Below, in pieces: positions 1-8,530 of a stretch of 64,000 nt of DNA (its first letter is position 1; each line of letters begins with the position of its first letter). The notes under the pieces are model-generated. The model saw nothing but the letters and a program-made list of their open reading frames with translations. It did no database searches and was not told the origin of the DNA. A program made the position numbers and the translations under genes. The stretch spans positions 10,041 through 74,040 of the forward strand of contig JBDRHA010000006.1 in the NCBI GenBank assembly GCA_043817235.1. Reading direction: 5' to 3'. The stretch is from Candidatus Shapirobacteria bacterium (GTDB taxonomy: Bacteria > Patescibacteriota > Microgenomatia > UBA12405 > BS750m-G30).

Positions 1-3
1 GCG

Positions 4-429
4 ATGATTGCCATAGGAGCGCTGGTTCTTTTTTTGCTTTTGCTTTTTGCCAATCAGGTTGTGCCGCGGGTGCTTTTGTATTTAACCCAGGCCACAAATT
101 CGCCGGGCCAGTATTCATTAGCTAATTCTTATGTTTTTGGCTCACCCTTAGTAGCCGCGGCTAATGGCGAGGATAAAATTAGAGTAACGGCTTTTTTGCT
201 TGACGATAAGGGTCGGGGAGTGGCTGGCTCGCAGATTGACTTAAGGGTAGCGCCAGCAAGCCCGCCTACTGGCGAGGCAAGCCCCCAGATTGAAGCAGTT
301 ACACCCGTGACAGACGAATTTGGCCGGGCAGTTTTTGAGATATTTTCCTCTAGCAAGGGCCAGTTTGTGGTATCAGCTCAAGTCGGCGGGTTGGATTTTC
401 CTCAAACGACCACGCTGACTTTTAGGTAA
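4..429 (+). CDS. Membrane-anchored Ig-like (Big_1-like) domain protein, possibly 5'-incomplete
   Basis: N-terminal hydrophobic helix, then an Ig-like pattern (VTAFLLDDKGRGV..VTDEFGRAVF..GQFVVSA). Confidence 0.55.
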   Translation: MIAIGALVLFLLLLFANQVVPRVLLYLTQATNSPGQYSLANSYVFGSPLVAAANGEDKIRVTAFLLDDKGRGVAGSQIDLRVAPASPPTGEASPQIEAVTPVTDEFGRAVFEIFSSSKGQFVVSAQVGGLDFPQTTTLTFR

Positions 430-440
430 AAGCCACAGCG

Positions 441-647
441 CCATTACGAAGGGCGTGTCGTCCCCGCGAAAGCGGGATTTCTTGTCATCCTCGCGAAGGC
501 GGGGATCTATAAAAATATTAATATAGATTCCCGATCAAGTTGGGAATGACACTGTAAATAGTCATCCTGAGCGCAGCCCCGCGAGTCGCGGGGCGCAGCC
601 GAAGGATCTTTTAATTCCGAAGATCTCTCGGCTACGCTCGAGATGAC
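441..647. repeat. REP-like cluster (GTCATCCYCGCGAARGCGGG units, ATTCCC-N9-GGGAAT, GTCATCCTGAGCG..CGCTCGAGATGAC)
   Basis: Same units recur at 1680-1974, 12054-12341 and about 15 other sites. Confidence 0.9.
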
Positions 648-725
648 ATTGTTTCTGGCAATGGCATTTGGTTGACTTGTCTTTTTGCAGGGGTTTGATT
701 TATCAAGCCCAAAGTTTAATTTCCC

Positions 726-763
726 CACACACCCGGTGTGGTTCGGGTCACACCGGGTGTGTG
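726..763. repeat. Family B palindrome CACACACCCGGTGTG-GTTCGGGT-CACACCGGGTGTGTG
   Basis: Identical 38-bp copy at 32952-32989; variants at 6210-6238, 10580-10618 and 7842-7881. Confidence 0.9.
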
Positions 764-769
764 TAAGCA

Positions 770-1642
770 TTATTCGAATTTAGCAGTTTGCTTTGCTCGT
801 CTGCTAGAATATTTACGCCTAATTAGCAAATAGATGATAAGAGCGATAGCAGATAATAGCAAGATAGTGATAAAGAACGGGTGGTTAATTAGCCACCATT
901 GCCAAAAAGAAAGAGCCGCAAACTGAATAGTATTGCTTTTGGGCGACGGATTTTCTCCTAGTTGAGTTTTGGTGGCGCCCACGTAAAGTTTCCAAACTGA
1001 GGGTTTATCTGTGGGTAAATTAAATGAGAAATCGCCGCGACTGTCGCTCTTTATTTCTAAATTTGGCCCTTCGCGAGCTAGTATCGGGCGACTGAAAAGA
1101 CGGCCCAGAATACTCCAAAAATATATTTTATTATCCTCAAAAAGAAAAACGCGCACTTCGGAACTGGGAACAGTGGCGCCTTCGGCACTGTTTTCTTCGC
1201 CTAGCCAATAAACTCCTTTTTCTATGCTGATAGTGGGCGGCAAAATAATGCCGGAAATACTGGTGTAAGTTTCGGCGGCCGGAGGAGAGAAGCAGACAGG
1301 CGCGGAAGAACGGTTTTGGGTATCAATGGCCGTAAAGCAAAAATCGCCGCTGTAAAGAGGCATGAGCGCGTTATAAAAGTGGAAAATACCTTGGTCGTCG
1401 GCAATAGTTTCTAAGTTTACGTTGCCCTGGGAGGAAGAGAACTCAACTCGGGCAAAAGCCGAAGTTAAGCCCTCAATGTCAAATAAACAGCCGCCGACGC
1501 GAGCCGATACCTTAGTGGTGAACTCCGGAGGGATTTTAATTCGGTTGACGGTTGTTTCCTGTTCTAAGATGACAGCCTTAACAGAGGAGCAGCAAAGGAG
1601 AAAGAAAGCAAAGAAAAAAATCATTGGGGCAGTTTTTTTCAT
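770..1642 (-). CDS. Exported beta-rich protein with signal peptide and C-terminal TM anchor
   Basis: MKK + hydrophobic stretch + VKA cleavage site; C-terminal TM followed by RRK. Confidence 0.6.
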   Translation of the reverse strand: MKKTAPMIFFFAFFLLCCSSVKAVILEQETTVNRIKIPPEFTTKVSARVGGCLFDIEGLTSAFARVEFSSSQGNVNLETIADDQGIFHFYNALMPLYSGDFCFTAIDTQNRSSAPVCFSPPAAETYTSISGIILPPTISIEKGVYWLGEENSAEGATVPSSEVRVFLFEDNKIYFWSILGRLFSRPILAREGPNLEIKSDSRGDFSFNLPTDKPSVWKLYVGATKTQLGENPSPKSNTIQFAALSFWQWWLINHPFFITILLLSAIALIIYLLIRRKYSSRRAKQTAKFE

Positions 1643-1679
1643 GAAATCATGATAGCATGAACTTCAATTGCGAGCGCTT

Positions 1680-1999
1680 TGTCATTCCGAGCGACCCCGC
1701 AGCTGCGGGAGAGTCGAGGAATCTTTGGAAACTAACCGACCTTTTTTCTGGCTCAAAAGATCTCTCGACTGCGCTCGAGATGACAGACTCACTATCAACC
1801 CCGCGCAGGCGGAATTTCTTGTCATCCCCGCGAAGGCCGAGAGCCCTGGTCATCCTGAGCGTAGCCGAAGGATCTTTCTTGTTTTGCTTAATTCCCCAAA
1901 AGATTCCTCGACTGCGCCCCGCGACTTGCGGGGCTGCGCTCGGAATGACACTGGTAGCGGGGGCTCGCGATGACATGTTTCGCACACCCCTGGTGTGTG
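1680..1999. repeat. REP/REPIN-like cluster
   Basis: GTCATTCCGAGCG..CGCTCGAGATGAC pairs; the spacer GGAAACTAACCGACCTTTTTTCTGG is shared, inverted, with the 10685 and 12202 copies. Confidence 0.9.
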
Positions 2000-2057
2000 T
2001 TTCTTTTTGGGCGTGATAAATCACGCCTCCTGCAAACTGCAGTTTCGAATTTGGAAA

Positions 2058-3008
2058 TTAGGATTTTGCTTCCGCTTTAAGTTCTTTTGGTTTCTTGAAG
2101 TAGATGATCAAAAGCACGATTAAGACAATGATAAGCAGGGCAATAGTCATCGCTCTCCAGGGAATAATCCAGAAAAAAGTGGTAGCTATTAAGGTTTTGC
2201 CCTGATTGCCGTAGCCTGCTTCCAGCTGAACTTTATACTTGCCAAACCCCCATTTTTGGTTCCAAATATTTTCAAAAGCGCGAATGGTCGTGGGGAAAAT
2301 ATTTTGCTCTTCTAATTTTAAGGTTTGATTATGCTGTCCTAGCCAATTGGTGATTTTAATACTGCCCATCGGCCGGATATGAATGTCGGAAAGGTTATAA
2401 ATTTCTGTGTCAATGTTTACTGGGCCGTATTCTTGGAATTTAGGAGTAGAGAATAAGCTTACCCGGGCATCTTCTTTAGTGTCGCCGGCAATTGTTAAGT
2501 AAATTAAAGAGCCGACGTTGGGCTCAATCGAGGAAACACTTTCATTAGCTTCCAAAGATTCGCCTGCAGGGGCGTAAAAAATAACGGCGTAATGGCCGCC
2601 GGGAGCCGCATCTTCCGGAACTACAGCCACAAAATCAAGCACTTTAGTTTCTCCGGGGTTAAGCAAAAATTTTTGGGGAGAAACGGTAATCCATAGCGAA
2701 GCGGCATACTGGTCGGCAAGCCCTTCTTCTACCGGAAGGGGAGTGCCTTCTTTATCGTTAACTATAAAGTCCTGAATTTTAAGCTCGATGCCGAGCTGAG
2801 AATCACCTTCGTTTCTCACTTTTAGCTGGTCAACCACCACATCGCCGGGATTAGCGGAAATTTCTAATCGAGGCGGAATGGCCGTGAGCTTAATTAATTG
2901 CGCGGCACCAGCCTGAGAAGGCTGGAGTAGCAAGTAGAAAGTAGCAAGTAGTAAAGGCAATAAAGCAAAAGAGCCTATTTTGACAATTTTTTTCTTTTTT
3001 ATTTTCAT
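2058..3008 (-). CDS. DUF916/DUF3324-like (WxL-interacting-type) surface protein
   Basis: Signal peptide; PPRLEISANPG..KVRNEG..VPEDAAPGGHYAVI..NLSDIHIRPMGSIKI; C-terminal FWIIPW + TM. Confidence 0.65.
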   Translation of the reverse strand: MKIKKKKIVKIGSFALLPLLLATFYLLLQPSQAGAAQLIKLTAIPPRLEISANPGDVVVDQLKVRNEGDSQLGIELKIQDFIVNDKEGTPLPVEEGLADQYAASLWITVSPQKFLLNPGETKVLDFVAVVPEDAAPGGHYAVIFYAPAGESLEANESVSSIEPNVGSLIYLTIAGDTKEDARVSLFSTPKFQEYGPVNIDTEIYNLSDIHIRPMGSIKITNWLGQHNQTLKLEEQNIFPTTIRAFENIWNQKWGFGKYKVQLEAGYGNQGKTLIATTFFWIIPWRAMTIALLIIVLIVLLIIYFKKPKELKAEAKS

Positions 3009-3037
3009 ACTGTATACTTTCTACTCACTACTAGCTA

Positions 3038-4450
3038 CTAAAAGGTCGCCGTCGCCCGATATGTAATCGCGTTCCAATAATCGCCGGCTTGCTGGGTAGA
3101 AGAAACAATTGCTCGGTAGCAAACATAAGCATTTTCATTATCGGCCACTGTACCAGAATAGAAAATAGTTTGGTGAGCTTGAGTAGCGGATGCGTCTGCA
3201 AATTGTTTGGCGCAAAAAACGCCGTCGCAATCGTCGTCAGTAGAGGTATATTCAAAAGCTGCAGTATTCGCATCCACGTTTTCCAGGGAGTAGCCAAATC
3301 CCTTAGTATCAGTGCTTACCCATTCATCGGTTTGGGTGTGAGAAGCAGTGGTATTGTCTCCGGGCGTATCTGGAATTTCCGGAGCGGTAGCTCCTACCAT
3401 TGTTAGCTGATTATTTTCTAGAGCAGTGACAGCATAGCCGCCGTCAGCATTAGTGGAAACGGTCAAGTTTTGAGCCAGGTCAGCAAAAGAGCCGATAGAC
3501 AAAGAGCCAAAGGGTACAGTAGTTGCTGTAGAGGTAACATCAAGTGCATTGCCGCAGGCGGTTTCGCCGATAGCTATTCCGGCAATAGAAAAAGAAATAG
3601 TCGGATCAACTGTAGCAGTGACTCGCACTGACTCAATAACGGCAACTTTGGTAGTGGTGGAATCAATCGCTGTGTAGTTGGCATCAAGATTATCAACAAT
3701 AATACTGTAAGTATCGGCAGTTCCTGCAGTGTGGCCGGTAGTGGCCGAAGGATTAATTATTTCAGCAGCGCTGCCTACAACAAAAGTCATAGATCGGCCC
3801 GGGTCGCCTGGGCCGGAATAGCGGCATTCAAAGCAATGGTAGCCGGATGCACATCCTGATCCGGCGGAAGCGGTGGCCGTGCCGGTAACAAAGTCATAGT
3901 AGCTGGCCACATCATTCGGGCAGGTGACATCTGTGCCGGAAACTGAATTAAAATCCCAGCCTTCGTTATCAGGATGGCCGTCGTTGGGAGTAGTGGAATC
4001 GGCTTTAATCCGTACTTTAATGGCACCATTGGGGATAGCAGAAGTGGTTGTAAAAGTAATAGTGTGAGTGCCGGTCCGGTCAATGACAAATTCATCATTA
4101 GCATCATCGTCCGCCGCGTTTAAAGCGGAAGTAACGGCAAATTCGTCACTATCTATAACATAGTCAACAGTATAAGTATTGCTGGTAGCAGTGTAAACAA
4201 CTGTGTCTCCGGTAAAAATGTTGGCGGTGGTGGTGGAGGGAGTGCCGGCGCCAGCCATTTTAATAATCGTCGTGCCAGCGGTTAACTGCTCATTATTTTT
4301 GCCATGAAAAGAAAGGCGGGAGGTTTCTAAAGTATCGGCAATTGAAGTTAGGTTCGCGGATTCTAAAGAAAAAGGAAAAACAAAGCTCAGGCTAATAATT
4401 AGAATAAAATAACTTAAAACCCTAATTATTTTTTTGCTATTTTTCTTCAT
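3038..4450 (-). CDS. Large Thr/Ser/Asp-rich secreted protein with C-terminal WxL-like domain
   Basis: Signal peptide; ends LTVSTNADGGYAV..AGDYWNAITYRATATF. Confidence 0.6.
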   Translation of the reverse strand: MKKNSKKIIRVLSYFILIISLSFVFPFSLESANLTSIADTLETSRLSFHGKNNEQLTAGTTIIKMAGAGTPSTTTANIFTGDTVVYTATSNTYTVDYVIDSDEFAVTSALNAADDDANDEFVIDRTGTHTITFTTTSAIPNGAIKVRIKADSTTPNDGHPDNEGWDFNSVSGTDVTCPNDVASYYDFVTGTATASAGSGCASGYHCFECRYSGPGDPGRSMTFVVGSAAEIINPSATTGHTAGTADTYSIIVDNLDANYTAIDSTTTKVAVIESVRVTATVDPTISFSIAGIAIGETACGNALDVTSTATTVPFGSLSIGSFADLAQNLTVSTNADGGYAVTALENNQLTMVGATAPEIPDTPGDNTTASHTQTDEWVSTDTKGFGYSLENVDANTAAFEYTSTDDDCDGVFCAKQFADASATQAHQTIFYSGTVADNENAYVCYRAIVSSTQQAGDYWNAITYRATATF

Positions 4451-4460
4451 AACTGGTTTG

Positions 4461-5460
4461 CTAAATTTCTTTATTAATATTTTTACCTAATTTTAATTTC
4501 CTTGTCAATGGGTAGTATTTAAGCAAAACAGCGATTAGAAAGGCGATAATCAAAGCCGTTATAAGTCTAATAGGAACAATCCAAAACCTCGTAGCGAATT
4601 TAATTATAGGGCTATTTCCATTGGGCGCCAGACTTAATTCTGCCAAGTAAGGGCCGGGAAAGAAAGAAGAAAAGGCGCAGTCTTTTTCCTGGCAGGTGAG
4701 CAGGCGCCCGGAAAAAGACAAAACATTATCTGGCCTTAATTCTATTTATTTAATTTTTTTGCCAAAGATATTATAGATCTCTATTTTCCCGGCGCTTTTA
4801 AAAAAATTTTCTCCTAAATTAGCGGCCTTAATCGTGAATTTTATTTCCTGACCTAAATCAGCCAATTTAGGTTGGCTGAAAAACTCGCTTATTTCTCCTT
4901 TGGCTTCCAGATCAGCGGTTTGGGAAACTGTAATTAAAATATTACTGCCGATCTGGCCGGCCAAGCCGGGCTGCGCCTGCTGCTCGGAGAAGCTCACTTC
5001 AGGGATTTGCTGAATAAAAAACGTCGCATAATAATCTTTTTGGGGAAGATCCAAAGGCGCAGTAATTTTCAAAACCAGCTGCTGGCTTTGGTTAGGCTCC
5101 AGAACAAAAGTATCGCCCAAATTTATATTAGCGTTATTAAGTTTAAACTCGGGAAGACCCGTAAAAATATCCGGTTCTTGATATGTAATTTGGCCCTCCT
5201 TCGCCAAGGCTTCGGAGGGTAGAAAAAACCTAATTTCAGTTTGTAAATAGAGCAGGGAAGTGCCTAGGTTTTTTACCTCATAAGCTTGGGTGATGCTTTT
5301 TCCCGGCTGCAAGACAACTTCCAAAAGAGGAGGGGAAAGGGAGAGGGAGAAGCTCTGACCAGCGGCGAGGCAAGCCCTGTTTCCCCTGGCCGCTATAAAG
5401 GATATAACGGTTATAACGATTATAATTTTTATAGCGGCCAACAGGAAAAAAAGGACCAAG
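4461..5460 (-). pseudogene. Second DUF916-like gene with in-frame TAA at 4746-4748
   Basis: GKIEIYNIFGKKIK*IELRPDNVLSFSGR stays in frame to FWIVP + TM and aligns with the 2058..3008 paralogue on both sides of the stop. Confidence 0.7.
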
Positions 5461-6299
5461 AGAGCAAGAGAGGCGGTGCCCGCCTCTCGGCGGTAATTTA
5501 GCCGCTTTTTGAGGAGGTTTTCTCGAAAACCCCCATTTTTAACAAAGTCCTCCTCCAGCCAGCGCAGTTTTTGGTCTAAAAGCTGGTTTGTCTGGTTAAT
5601 TAGGCAGATCATGGTGTTGGCTGCGGTTTCTCCGCTGCTCTGGTATTTTTTATAATCGTTATAATTTTTATAACGCTTATATACCAAAGCTCTAACAGCT
5701 TTGGCGCTCGGATCGTCTTTAGCCCAAATTTTCAGCTTTTTTTGACGCAAAAAGTCTTGGTAGTCGTTGAGAAGCTCTTCTAAAGAAGCGCGGGCAACGG
5801 CTAAGAGATTGAGTTTGAGCGCACTACTTTTTTGCAAGTATCCTTCGGCGATGTTCTGTTTGCCGGAGCGTGCGGCCTGAATAAGCTGATCGCTTTGCCG
5901 TGAGAAGTTCTTATAACTTTTATGACGGTTATAATTTTTATAAGGGCCAGAAAAACATTTATCTATGTATTTCTCGCAAAACTCCACCGTAAAATCGTGG
6001 ATTATTTCTGCCTGCTGGAAAAATGGAAGAGAGCGATACCCTCCTTCGCTAAAGCTACGGCGGGCAGGCCCTCCTTCGCGGGCAAGCCCTCCTCTGTCAT
6101 TGCGAGGAGTCCCGATGCTTCTTTTAGTCACCGGGACGACGTGGCAATCCCGTTTTGAGATTGCTTCAGTTTCGTTCGCAATGACATTTTTGTTAACCCC
6201 TGTTGCTGCGGTGTGGTTCGGGTCACGCCCGGTGTGTGATTTATCTTCTTTCTGGTCCCTATAACGATTATAATGGTTATAACTGTTATATCCCGTCAT
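4746..6299 (-). CDS. Chimeric ORF: repeat-derived N-terminus + four-helix-bundle (IVP/Avd-like, suffix-domain type) protein + DUF916-like region
   Basis: YRSLPFFQQAEIIHD..DQLIQAARSGKQNIAEG..ARASLEELLNDYQDFL..ANTMICLINQTNQLLD..GGFRENL spans about 5490-6040. Confidence 0.75.
   Translation of the reverse strand: MTGYNSYNHYNRYRDQKEDKSHTGRDPNHTAATGVNKNVIANETEAISKRDCHVVPVTKRSIGTPRNDRGGLAREGGPARRSFSEGGYRSLPFFQQAEIIHDFTVEFCEKYIDKCFSGPYKNYNRHKSYKNFSRQSDQLIQAARSGKQNIAEGYLQKSSALKLNLLAVARASLEELLNDYQDFLRQKKLKIWAKDDPSAKAVRALVYKRYKNYNDYKKYQSSGETAANTMICLINQTNQLLDQKLRWLEEDFVKNGGFRENLLKKRLNYRREAGTASLALLVLFFLLAAIKIIIVITVISFIAARGNRACLAAGQSFSLSLSPPLLEVVLQPGKSITQAYEVKNLGTSLLYLQTEIRFFLPSEALAKEGQITYQEPDIFTGLPEFKLNNANINLGDTFVLEPNQSQQLVLKITAPLDLPQKDYYATFFIQQIPEVSFSEQQAQPGLAGQIGSNILITVSQTADLEAKGEISEFFSQPKLADLGQEIKFTIKAANLGENFFKSAGKIEIYNIFGKKIK
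5388..5448. repeat. 9-mer (TTATAAnnn) array inside a GGCCGCTATAAA..TTTATAGCGGCC palindrome
   Basis: 52/61 identical to 6998-7058; inverted copy at 6253-6293; internal arrays at about 5650-5682 and 5911-5948. Confidence 0.85.
6039..6293. repeat. Stack of four repeat families at the 5' end of the four-helix-bundle ORF
   Basis: CCCTCCTTCGCTAAAGCTACGG hairpin, GTCATTGCGA..TCGCAATGAC REP, family B half, 9-mer array. Confidence 0.8.
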
Positions 6300-7072
6300 C
6301 AGTACCCCGGAACAGCAATATAAGTAATGGCATTTTCATAGTTTCCGGCGGCCTGGGATCCGCTGATATTAACTTTATAAGTAACTGTTGCGGTTGAGGA
6401 GGAAGTGACGGCATCAGAGCTCATCACGATTTGAGCACTTTCCGCGCCTTCTTGGTCAGCAAACTGGCGAAAAAAAGTAGAATCTTCAAAATCTTCCGGA
6501 ATATCATCGCCGCTGATTTTAAAGCCAAAGCCGTAAATAGAATCATTTATCCAGGGATCAGCGTCTGTTTCATCGCAAGAAAGTGTGTCACAAGTAGTAT
6601 CAACTATATCATTGGCTTGCTCAGAGCGGAGCGGATGGTTTTCAAAAGCCAGAACTTGGTACCCGCCGGCGCCACCAGCCGATACATTTAAAGTATTGGT
6701 GTCTGTCGAGGGGGTGCCGGGGACTAGTGAGCCAAAAGCAATGCTTAAATCGGAAATTGTAAAAGTAAAGGGAATAATAGAATGAATATACTGGAACCCG
6801 GCTCTCAGCCAATAGCCGTCGGACTGATAATCGCCGGGGGCAATCTGGCCAATAGTGTCGGTTAGGTTATAGCTGTCGGAGGATTTTTCTCCGCCGCCGA
6901 TGTTCACGTTTCCGCCCTGAATTTTATAGCTATCGGAATCCATATTGGCCGCGTTCACCCTCCGATTCGGAAGGCTCACCCTCCGGATTGGAGGGCTGGC
7001 TGCTATAAAAGATATAATCATTATAATAGTTATAATTTTTATAGCGGCCAACAAGAAATGAAGGCGGGTCAC
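6299..7072 (-). CDS. Small secreted WxL-like protein
   Basis: Signal peptide; FGSLVPG..LNVSAGGAGGYQV..AGNYENAITYIAVPGY is paralogous to the C-terminus of 3038..4450. Confidence 0.6.
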   Translation of the reverse strand: MTRLHFLLAAIKIITIIMIISFIAASPPIRRVSLPNRRVNAANMDSDSYKIQGGNVNIGGGEKSSDSYNLTDTIGQIAPGDYQSDGYWLRAGFQYIHSIIPFTFTISDLSIAFGSLVPGTPSTDTNTLNVSAGGAGGYQVLAFENHPLRSEQANDIVDTTCDTLSCDETDADPWINDSIYGFGFKISGDDIPEDFEDSTFFRQFADQEGAESAQIVMSSDAVTSSSTATVTYKVNISGSQAAGNYENAITYIAVPGY

Positions 7073-7800
7073 GCCTCATCTCCCTCCAAATCAACCAATC
7101 TTTGCAGTTTATTAGCTCCCCTTAGCAGATATTTAGTTCGTTTGCGAATTTTCTTTAAATGATCTTTTTGAGTATAAGATAGCTGATTTAAAGCAATAAG
7201 CATTTGGGAAACCCGATCCAAAATTTCTTCCAGTCCTGGCTTGAGCTTTAAAGTGAGCCAAAACAAAGTATTAGCTTCCTGATTTTCCAAATGCTTTTCT
7301 CCGGAAAGCCATTTTTGCATGTAAAGCTTAGTTCTTTTGTCAGCGCTTAAATTGCGCAAATAAAGCTGGCCAAAATATAAAGCTAAGGGAGTGATTAGGA
7401 ATAAAGATAGCAGAGCGGCAATTTCCTGGCTGTTTTGAACGGTGGGTGTTAAAAAAACCAAGAGAATAAAAGCTAAAGTGATAGTAATTGGTGGCTCAAA
7501 AAGAAAAGAGAGCCCAAAAAGAAGAAAGTATATTAAGAAAAAAAGCGGGGAGCTTGCCCCGCCGGTGGCAAAAACCAGCAAAAGGATAACAATCGTTAAA
7601 ATTAAAGCATCTATTGTTTTATGAGTAAGATTTTGTTCTTGGCAAAAGAGCTTGTGTTTTAAAAACCAGATAATGACTAAGCCGGCAATAAGCTGAAGAT
7701 TGTAAAAAGAAAGAATTGGGTGCTGGGTCCAAACATAGGTAGTAACCACGGCCAAGAATAAATAAACAAGATGGAGAAAGAATTTGACCGAAATAATCAT
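7069..7800 (-). CDS. Multi-pass membrane protein of unknown function
   Basis: About 5-6 TM helices with TGGASSPLFFLIY; soluble helical tail. Confidence 0.6.
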   Translation of the reverse strand: MIISVKFFLHLVYLFLAVVTTYVWTQHPILSFYNLQLIAGLVIIWFLKHKLFCQEQNLTHKTIDALILTIVILLLVFATGGASSPLFFLIYFLLFGLSFLFEPPITITLAFILLVFLTPTVQNSQEIAALLSLFLITPLALYFGQLYLRNLSADKRTKLYMQKWLSGEKHLENQEANTLFWLTLKLKPGLEEILDRVSQMLIALNQLSYTQKDHLKKIRKRTKYLLRGANKLQRLVDLEGDEA

Positions 7801-7918
7801 AAATTAATTTAAGCAAGATTAGCAAAGAATTGCAAACTTTGCACACCCCGGGGGTGGGTTAGGTAGACACCTCGGGTGCGGTTGAAAGTTTTTTTCTTTT
7901 TCTTCATAATCTTTTTTA

Positions 7919-8530
7919 ATGGCTGAGTGGTCAAAAGAAAGCATAATTAAAGCAATTTATCACTATTCTCCTCAAGCTGTAATAATTCTGGGAATACTTT
8001 TGGCGGCGGCCGGCGCAGCTTACGTTTTTCTTCCTTCCTCGTCTTCCTCCCAAGTAGAAATAATTAAAGCTGACGAGCAAGAGGAAACCGGAGTGCTAAT
8101 TGCAGATATCTCCGGAGCCGTTATTCAGCCCGGCGTTTACACTCTTTCGGCCGGCTCGCGCTTAAATGATCTTCTGATTGCCGCGGGCGGTTTAAGCATT
8201 GAAGCAGATCGGGACTGGGTGGAGAAAAATATTAATCGAGCCGCACCATTAATAGATGGAGCAAAAATTTATATTCCTAAAATAGGGGAGGAGGTGGGTC
8301 CGCCAGCTGGCGGAGTGGCGGGGCAGAGCACTTCGGGGCTAATAAACTTAAATCAAGCAGACTTAGCTTTATTAGAAACTTTGCCGGGGATTGGGCCGGC
8401 CACGGCTCAAAAAATTTTGGATTATAGAAAAGAAATCGGCTCTTTTTCTGCTCCCGAAGAATTAATGAGCGTTTCCGGAATTGGGCCAAAGACCTATGAG
8501 CAATTAAAAGACCTGATTTCCGTCTACTAG
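7919..8530 (+). CDS. comEA: Competence DNA-binding protein ComEA
   Basis: TM + SLBB (DISGAVIQPGVY) + HhH (INLNQA..LETLPGIGPATA..VSGIGPK). Confidence 0.92.
   Translation: MAEWSKESIIKAIYHYSPQAVIILGILLAAAGAAYVFLPSSSSSQVEIIKADEQEETGVLIADISGAVIQPGVYTLSAGSRLNDLLIAAGGLSIEADRDWVEKNINRAAPLIDGAKIYIPKIGEEVGPPAGGVAGQSTSGLINLNQADLALLETLPGIGPATAQKILDYRKEIGSFSAPEELMSVSGIGPKTYEQLKDLISVY

Noticed and set aside
507-2024. ORFs 507..770, 1647..2024, 1657..2016 and 1668..1973 (likewise 10513-10876, 12100-12312, 32910-33110, 36775-37069, 45361-45561, 53347-53658)
   Set aside because: They are translations of REP clusters (recurring VIPSAVE, CHPERS, LAMT, ARND peptides in several frames), not independent genes
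4746-4748. Stop-codon reassignment or programmed frameshift
   Set aside because: TAA, TAG and TGA all end conserved genes normally; this is a single in-frame stop
4746-6299. Diversity-generating retroelement suggested by the Avd-like protein
   Set aside because: No reverse transcriptase in the window, and mismatches between repeat copies are not confined to adenines
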